A stretch of DNA of 32,000 nucleotides from Desulfotalea psychrophila LSv54 (GTDB lineage: Bacteria; Desulfobacterota; Desulfobulbia; Desulfobulbales; Desulfocapsaceae). Below are positions 26,318-32,000 of this stretch, one piece after another (position 1 is the stretch's first letter; the number at the start of each line of letters is the position of its first letter). The DNA lies in assembly GCF_000025945.1 (NCBI RefSeq), contig NC_006138.1:2400001-2432000 (forward strand), given 5' to 3'. The position numbers were made by a program, and so were the translations under genes. Under the pieces are notes generated by a model. It did not search any database. It was given only the letters and a program-made list of their open reading frames with translations, and was not told the DNA's origin.

Positions 26318-26631
26318 CCTGTACCTTCTCCTTAGCTCTCTTCACCGTTATTGGGCGGCCAACTGGTGGCTTCGGCCTTCACCTATCGGCATGGACATTG
26401 TTTTCTGACGTCTCTTTTGCCCAAAAATCCAATTTAATTATTAGTAGAATAGTTCAGCTAAACTTAAAAAAGGAGTCTTCTCAGTGTTCTGAAATAATAA
26501 AAGCACAGGCCAAAAAATGTATGCTCTGTGGGTAATATTTGTTTCATGGGCGGTTCTGCACGCAAGAACGGGTAAATAGTTTTTGTTAAAACAACTATTT
26601 ACCCTCTTGAAAAAAAATAGCTACTTACCCC

Positions 26632-26660
26632 TTGCAAAAGAATTCTCAACCGGGTATAAG
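26632..26660 (+). promoter_or_regulatory. Sigma70-type promoter for tRNA-His.
   Basis: TTGCAA (26632-26637), a 17-nt spacer and TATAAG (26655-26660) lie about 37 nt upstream of the tRNA 5' end. Confidence 0.55.
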
Positions 26661-26696
26661 AGACTCGCACTTTGCAACAACAAAAAATAAACATGT

Positions 26697-26774
26697 GGTG
26701 GGCGTGGCTCAGTTGGTTAGAGCACCTGGTTGTGACCCAGGAAGTCGGGGGTTCGAGTCCCCTCGCTCACCCCA
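26697..26774 (+). tRNA. tRNA-His (anticodon GUG) with an encoded G-1 and an encoded CCA.
   Basis: I folded the cloverleaf by hand. The acceptor stem is GTGGGCG/CGCTCAC, with G-1 (26697) opposite discriminator C. The D arm is GCTC-AGTTGGTTA-GAGC. The anticodon arm is CCTGG-TTGTGAC-CCAGG, with GTG at 26732-26734. The T arm is GGGGG-TTCGAGT-CCCCT, followed by the 3' CCA. Confidence 0.95.
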
Positions 26775-26785
26775 TTTTTTATAAG

Positions 26786-26822
26786 GGGTTTCAGCTTTGA
26801 AAAAAGTTGAAACCCTTTTTTT
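26786..26822 (+). terminator. Intrinsic terminator after tRNA-His.
   Basis: GGGTTTCAGCTTT-GAAA-AAAGTTGAAACCC forms a 13-bp stem with one G-T pair and a GNRA-type loop. It is followed by TTTTTTTGTTT. Confidence 0.85.
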
Positions 26823-26849
26823 GTTTCATCCCCAAGAATCTCGGTCCAG

Positions 26850-27842
26850 TCACCTGTTTGACCTTATCTCTGTTTTAATTACCTGCCAGAGATCTCTGCC
26901 CTCTTTAAACAGATACCAGTTCTCCTCATGATCATCCTCGTCTGCAATCCAGCCAAGTCCGAAAAAGCCAATTCCTGAGATATTCTTTAATTTCAGGCTA
27001 TCGAGGATATCTTTTTCCAGCTTTTGTCTGCTGGGTTTTTTAAAGTACGGCATTCCTGCAAATGCTGCCACTGCAACCCAAATTTCGACATCTGGATCAA
27101 TTTTCCTTAAACGGGAGATATACCTCTCTGCCTTTTGACTGATCAGTATCTCATTATCTGGATCGTAGCCATCATATACCCAGTTTGTATAGAGGTTGAG
27201 CATTATTATTTCTGTCAGATCGCTTTCAATAAATCTATTAAGATCAAAGTCATCATCGTCCAAATCCCAGTTTCTCATTCTCAACATCAGCGGCCTGACA
27301 GGGTCTATTGCCCTGATATCCTTCCTTACCTTCTGTAGTTGATTCTTCTGTATTGAATAATCCTCAATCCACTCTACCCCCCCTTCGGGATGTTCCTGGG
27401 GGACGGGCATGTTTTCGCCAAATTCATTACAAATATCATAGGCATAGACTGCAGGGTGCACCCTTATCTTTTTTATCCAGCTCTGTGCCTTCTCTTTTTG
27501 CCAGATGGGTTTCTGATTTTTTTTGTGGACTCCCGAATCATAGCCCCATGCTGTCTCGGAAAAACCTCCATCCATGATGACCCTGAGGCCGGCCTTCAAT
27601 GCCCTGTCCAGGAACCTGAAGACTTCATCAGCTGGCTCCTCCATTCCCCATTCAGTTGTTATAAGGGTTATGCCACCCTCTCTCAGTTGTAAAAGATCTT
27701 CATAGGGCGTGTATAGGCCAACATCTTTCATTATGAAATGAATCCGTTTTTGGGAGTAGTTGGCCTTATAGGCTTCAATTACAAAGGCCGCAAGAACTGC
27801 CAGAGATAAGACAAAGAGTACGATATATATCTGTTTTTTCAT
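26850..27842 (-). CDS. Membrane-anchored or secreted TIM-barrel glycoside-hydrolase-like protein (clan GH-A / cellulase-like).
   Basis: The N-terminal hydrophobic segment is IYIVLFVLSLAVLAAFVI. The motif YDICNEFGEN resembles the conserved Asn-Glu acid/base motif of clan GH-A. The family assignment is tentative. Confidence 0.7.
   Translation of the reverse strand: MKKQIYIVLFVLSLAVLAAFVIEAYKANYSQKRIHFIMKDVGLYTPYEDLLQLREGGITLITTEWGMEEPADEVFRFLDRALKAGLRVIMDGGFSETAWGYDSGVHKKNQKPIWQKEKAQSWIKKIRVHPAVYAYDICNEFGENMPVPQEHPEGGVEWIEDYSIQKNQLQKVRKDIRAIDPVRPLMLRMRNWDLDDDDFDLNRFIESDLTEIIMLNLYTNWVYDGYDPDNEILISQKAERYISRLRKIDPDVEIWVAVAAFAGMPYFKKPSRQKLEKDILDSLKLKNISGIGFFGLGWIADEDDHEENWYLFKEGRDLWQVIKTEIRSNR
26898..27147 (+). 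repeat. Right copy of a ~245-bp direct repeat (left copy at 26074-26317) bracketing tRNA-His.
   Basis: My manual alignment gives about 14 substitutions plus one 6-nt indel (atgatc) across ~244 aligned positions, in the same orientation. Confidence 0.9.
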
Positions 27843-28133
27843 AACTCAGTCTCTCTCTTCTCTCTGGAATTCCGTGAGCCACCATGGCACCGGCCCGGGG
27901 CAGATTTATCTCAACACCCAGTATAGCAGGCGTGGAGATCAACTACCAGAGAACAAGGGCCACATTTCGGGTAGATTATGCCTGCAAACAGGATCTTACC
28001 ATTGTAAACGGGCAGAGATTAGGGCAGGATAGAAGTTAGAGACCTTTTTATTGTTTCTCCTCAGAGGATGATGAAGGGCATTGAGATTACTCATTAAAAA
28101 GAGGAGGTAAGCACAGGGGTGCCATAAAACATT

Positions 28134-29900
28134 ATGATTACCAAACGCAAATCCACCAAACTGGGGGAACTACCCGCCACCGCCATCTGCGGCAACGATA
28201 TCTCCTCCTCGATTCTCTATGTCTCCCCCCTGACGATCGTTGCCGCCGGCCAGTATGCCTGGCTGGCCCTACTGGTCGTGGCCATGGTCCTTTATCTCTT
28301 TAGAAAGATATACGGAGAGGTGGTGGGTGCCCTGCCCATGAATGGCGGGGCCTATAATGCCCTGTTGAACACGACTAGTAAATCCACCGCCTCCCTGGCC
28401 GCTACCCTGACCCTTCTCTCCTATATGGCCACCGCCGTGATCTCTGCCTCCACGGCCATGCACTACCTCCATGGCATCCTCCCCGCCCTGCCGATAACCC
28501 TGTCCACCATGCTTCTGCTCGCCCTCTTTCTGGGGGTCACCCTTATGGGTATAGGCGAATCTTCCATCGTCGCTCTTATTATATTTCTCTTCCATCTCTT
28601 CTCCTTAGTTCTCCTCACCGGAGCCGTTGGTCTCTATCTCTTCAACAACGGTCTTGCCATCTTGGCAAGCAACAACCAGCTGCCTCCCCCCCATGGCAGT
28701 ATTATGATGGCAATATTTTGGGGATTTGCGGCAGCCATGCTGGGTATCTCGGGTTTTGAGAGTTCGGCCAACTATGTCGAAAAGCAGGAGGAGGGGGTTT
28801 TTGCCAAGACCCTGCGCAATATGTGGGTTGTGGTCAGTGTCTTTAATCCCCTGATGGCCTTTTTGGCTCTGGCGCTGGTGCCCATTGCTGAGGTGGGCAA
28901 ACATGCAGACAACCTGCTCTCACATATGGGGCAGATTAGCGGTGGCGCCTGGCTGGCTTCTCTGATCTCCATCGATGCGGTGCTGGTCCTCAGTGGAGCG
29001 GTGCTCACCTCCTATGTGGGAGTTACCGGCCTGCTTGAGCGCATAACCCTGGATCGAATTCTGCCGGGATATCTGCTCAGAAAGAACCGACGGGGCAGCT
29101 CCTACCGGATCTTGCTGACCTTCTTCCTCCTCTGCATCTCCATCCTTCTCATCACCGAGGGCAAAGCCGAAACACTGGCCGGGGTCTATACCATCTCTTT
29201 TCTTCTGGTCATGGGCCTCTTTGGCCTGGGCAACATCCTCCTCAAGGTTAAACGAAAAAACCTGCCCAGACCGGAGCGAGCCTCGTGGCCGACGGTAATC
29301 ATCGCCATTCTTGCCGTAGGCTGCGCCCTTTGGGGTAACATCATCAAGCTGCCCCCGGCCGGTGAACGCTCCAATCTGGCCGTCTTTATCGAATATTTCA
29401 TTCCGGCCATACTCTTCGTGGCCATCATGCTTAACCGTATCGCTCTTTTGGAGCTATTAACCAAATCCATTCTCTATATCTTTGTTCCCCTTCTGAAAAT
29501 TATCCACCGGCTTAACCAGGAGATAAAGGTGGTTATCGATAGAATCAAGTCCCAGGAGTTTGTTTTTTTCACCAGGGGCGACAATCTGGTCAATCTGGAA
29601 AAGGTCCTGCAATATATCCAAAAAAATGAGCATACCAAGAGGATAAAGATCGTCCATATCTACGGTAATGGAGATGACAGAGAGGTAGGGCACCTTAATC
29701 AGGATATCGTCTATCTTACCCATAAGTACCCGCGGATAGTCATTGAGCTGATAGATATGCAGGGCAGGTTCGGACCGGAGCTGATTCAGCAGCTCTCCAA
29801 GGAGTGGAACATTCCCGTTAACTTCATGTTCATCGGTTCACCCGGCGAAAAGTTTCCCTACCGGATTCAGGAACTGGGCGGGGTCAGGCTGATCATCTAG
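28134..29900 (+). CDS. APC-superfamily permease (amino acid/polyamine type) with a ~140-aa cytoplasmic C-terminal domain.
   Basis: About 12 hydrophobic helices span roughly 440 aa. The N-terminal motif is GNDISSSILYVSP, and a soluble C-terminal domain follows. The substrate is unknown. The RBS at the chosen ATG is poor. Confidence 0.75.
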   Translation: MITKRKSTKLGELPATAICGNDISSSILYVSPLTIVAAGQYAWLALLVVAMVLYLFRKIYGEVVGALPMNGGAYNALLNTTSKSTASLAATLTLLSYMATAVISASTAMHYLHGILPALPITLSTMLLLALFLGVTLMGIGESSIVALIIFLFHLFSLVLLTGAVGLYLFNNGLAILASNNQLPPPHGSIMMAIFWGFAAAMLGISGFESSANYVEKQEEGVFAKTLRNMWVVVSVFNPLMAFLALALVPIAEVGKHADNLLSHMGQISGGAWLASLISIDAVLVLSGAVLTSYVGVTGLLERITLDRILPGYLLRKNRRGSSYRILLTFFLLCISILLITEGKAETLAGVYTISFLLVMGLFGLGNILLKVKRKNLPRPERASWPTVIIAILAVGCALWGNIIKLPPAGERSNLAVFIEYFIPAILFVAIMLNRIALLELLTKSILYIFVPLLKIIHRLNQEIKVVIDRIKSQEFVFFTRGDNLVNLEKVLQYIQKNEHTKRIKIVHIYGNGDDREVGHLNQDIVYLTHKYPRIVIELIDMQGRFGPELIQQLSKEWNIPVNFMFIGSPGEKFPYRIQELGGVRLII

Positions 29901-30081
29901 GTCCCTGTTAGGTCATTTTTGCCAGGAAGAACATCCATAGGTAAAGACTATAAGAGGAAGCCTCCCTATATCTTTAACCAGTTTGACGCCCCTGTCCCGC
30001 CTGGCTATATTGTCAAACCTGTGCCCACCTGATAAGGCAAGGTGCTGACTTTATAAAAAACAGAGAGGAAGGGGTTCTCCA

Positions 30082-31425
30082 ATGAAAAAAATAGCGACCA
30101 TGGTTTTGCTTTTGAGCATCTTCACCTTTGCCGGGCAGAGCCGGGCTGAACTTAAGATGCTTGATAGCCAAGAGATTATAGCCATTCAGAACAATCCGGA
30201 CTGGCTTATTGTCGATACTCGACTCAGTGATGCCTTTAACGGTTGGAAGCTTGATGGGGTGGAGCGTGGTGGACATATAGAGGGGGCGGTCAACTTTTCC
30301 GCAAACTGGCTGCATCTTAAGAAAAAGAACCTTAAAGAGGAGTTGCTAGAGATCCTCAAGGCCAAGGGGATAAGCCCTGACAGGCATATTGTCCTCTACG
30401 ACGCCAATGGCCTCGATGCCAAGGCCGTTGCTGGATTTTTGAGAGAAGAGAACTACTCTAGGCTCTATGGTTATGATATTAGGGGATGGGCGGCAGATAC
30501 CAATCTGGCCATGCAGCGTTATAAAAACTATCAACGCATTGTCCCCGCTGTTATTGTCAGGGCTGCCCTGGCAGGTAAGAGCCCCGAGACCTTTACGGGG
30601 AGCAAAAAGATTAAAGTTGTTGAGGCCAGCTGGGGAGAAGAAAAAACCTCATATAGCAAGGGCCATATTCCCGGTGCCTTCCATGTCAATACCGATCGGA
30701 TAGAGCCTCCCACCACCAGTGAACCTGTGATGTGGCTCCTGGCCGATAGCCCGACCCTTAAGCGTTTTGCCCTTGAATTTGGCTTTCAGAAAGATGACAC
30801 CATTATTGTTGCCAGTCAGGAACCCATGGCGGCCTACCGCCTGGCAACGGTCCTGCGTTATATCGGGGTAGACGATGTCCGGGTCTTAAACGGCGGCACC
30901 GACTCCTGGCTTTTGGCTGGCTACCCTCTTGAGACAGAGAGTCATAGCCCTCGCCCTGTGACTGATTTTGCCGGTATTGTTCCGGGCAATTCCGATATAA
31001 TGGATAGCATGTCCGAAACCAAAGCGGGTCTTGATAGAGCCCAGGGTTTTACCCTGGTGGACAACCGCACCTGGCAGGAGCATATTGGCGAGACAAGCGG
31101 TTACTCCTATCATAAGAAGAGGGGACGTATTCCCGGGGCAATCTTCGGTTATGCCGGTACCAGTGGCGCCTATGGCTTAGAGTATTACCGAAACCCTGAT
31201 AAGACCATGCGCAGTGCAGACGAGTTTTTGGCCCTCTGGCAGGAACAGGGCATTAATACCAATAATCACCTCTCCTTTATGTGCGGAAGTGGCTGGCGGG
31301 CAGCTGAAATATACTATTATGCAGATGTCTATGGCCTAAGGGATATTGCTATCTTTAGCGATGGCTGGATCGGTTGGAGTAATGATGAAAAGAACCTCAC
31401 CGAGACAGGGATACCCACAAGATAA
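30082..31425 (+). CDS. Secreted or periplasmic sulfurtransferase with three rhodanese-like domains, of which only the last is catalytic.
   Basis: The signal peptide is MKKIATMVLLLSIFTFAGQSRA. Three rhodanese-length modules follow. The active-site loop FMCGSGWRAAE lies in the third. The first two lack the Cys (LYDANG and VASQEP). The RBS is GAGGAAGGGG. Confidence 0.85.
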   Translation: MKKIATMVLLLSIFTFAGQSRAELKMLDSQEIIAIQNNPDWLIVDTRLSDAFNGWKLDGVERGGHIEGAVNFSANWLHLKKKNLKEELLEILKAKGISPDRHIVLYDANGLDAKAVAGFLREENYSRLYGYDIRGWAADTNLAMQRYKNYQRIVPAVIVRAALAGKSPETFTGSKKIKVVEASWGEEKTSYSKGHIPGAFHVNTDRIEPPTTSEPVMWLLADSPTLKRFALEFGFQKDDTIIVASQEPMAAYRLATVLRYIGVDDVRVLNGGTDSWLLAGYPLETESHSPRPVTDFAGIVPGNSDIMDSMSETKAGLDRAQGFTLVDNRTWQEHIGETSGYSYHKKRGRIPGAIFGYAGTSGAYGLEYYRNPDKTMRSADEFLALWQEQGINTNNHLSFMCGSGWRAAEIYYYADVYGLRDIAIFSDGWIGWSNDEKNLTETGIPTR

Positions 31426-31429
31426 GAAG

Positions 31430-31816
31430 ATGACGAAAAAGATTAGCATTGCCCTGATCGGTATTGAACTGCTTATGCTACTGGCCCTTGTCGTTCTGGA
31501 GTATTTCTCCAGCTATAGGGCCGGAATTATGCATCATCTCTACTATAAAAAACGCTACTATCTGACCAGCCTCTATCAACAGGGTTGGTTGAGCTCTCAT
31601 CTGCTGGCTATTCTCGCCTTCACCCTGGTAGTCACCCTCTGCACTCATGGTCGACGGTTAGAGCTGTTGAGATATGGCACCGTTCTCCTCCTGCTTCTCT
31701 TCTCCTATTTTCTGATGAGGGAGCTTAATGTCTATGCCCACCTGCTCATGGTGCTTGAAGGCTGTCTGCTTTTGGAAACCCTAAGGGTCTTATTCTTTCT
31801 GCCAAGAGAGAAATAG
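31430..31816 (+). CDS. Small (128-aa) multi-pass membrane protein of unknown function.
   Basis: ATG 31430 lies 4 nt after the rhodanese stop. The product has about four hydrophobic segments. The track's earlier start at 31346 overlaps the rhodanese gene. Confidence 0.55.
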   Translation: MTKKISIALIGIELLMLLALVVLEYFSSYRAGIMHHLYYKKRYYLTSLYQQGWLSSHLLAILAFTLVVTLCTHGRRLELLRYGTVLLLLLFSYFLMRELNVYAHLLMVLEGCLLLETLRVLFFLPREK

Positions 31817-32000
31817 GCCTCTCTTCTCAGCAGTGGAGGGGATTTGCTGTCAGAGAGGAGGCACCGAGTCCCAGCCCCGCGAGGTTGCAGGGAATCGGAG
31901 ATGTTAGGCTGAGCATCTAGGGCTGAGCTCAATTGAGCGGAAGCAGCTATAGACTCTGGACAAAGCTTTTGCCGTACTCTCTGCAGGTCTTTTTACCCTC

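Noticed and set aside
26305-26535. 76-aa + strand ORF between the gene fragment and tRNA-His.
   Set aside because: It starts inside the duplicated fragment in the wrong orientation relative to it. It has no RBS and no recognisable motifs.
27843-28133. 290-nt leader upstream of the APC permease, examined for an amino-acid riboswitch.
   Set aside because: I could not recognise the conserved cores of glycine, lysine, SAM or other riboswitches by eye. A strong GAGGAGG at 28101-28107 is too far (~27 nt) from ATG 28134 to act as its RBS. A covariance-model scan would be needed to settle this.

Overview
All high-confidence genes except one lie on the + strand. The window opens inside a giant repetitive adhesin-like gene (1-5709, 5'-truncated). 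A decayed 1-kb spacer follows, then a second giant gene of 2630 aa (6773-14665). Both proteins consist of Ig-like and propeller-like repeat modules. Both lack RTX nonapeptide blocks, and both end in the same hexapeptide, TSQGLA. A third, orphan copy of that tail sits in the spacer.

Directly downstream is a tightly packed five-gene operon (14941-24158). Its genes are a TPR-flanked sulfotransferase, a TolC-like outer-membrane factor, a T1SS ABC permease/ATPase, a HlyD-type adaptor, and an ATP-sulfurylase-like::APS-kinase fusion. I read this as a candidate sulfation-coupled type I secretion system for the giant proteins. It is analogous in logic to Xanthomonas Rax but differs in architecture and cargo class. 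This is the main finding.

The last 8 kb is visibly more AT-rich and miscellaneous:
- a small hypothetical gene
- a membrane HD-GYP protein
- a tRNA-His(GUG) with its own promoter and terminator, flanked by ~245-bp direct repeats made from the 3' end of a neighbouring minus-strand GH-A-like gene
- an APC-type permease
- a secreted triple-rhodanese sulfurtransferase
- a small membrane protein

I saw no CRISPR array, rRNA or intact mobile element. All homology statements rest on motif recognition by eye and memory, not on searches.
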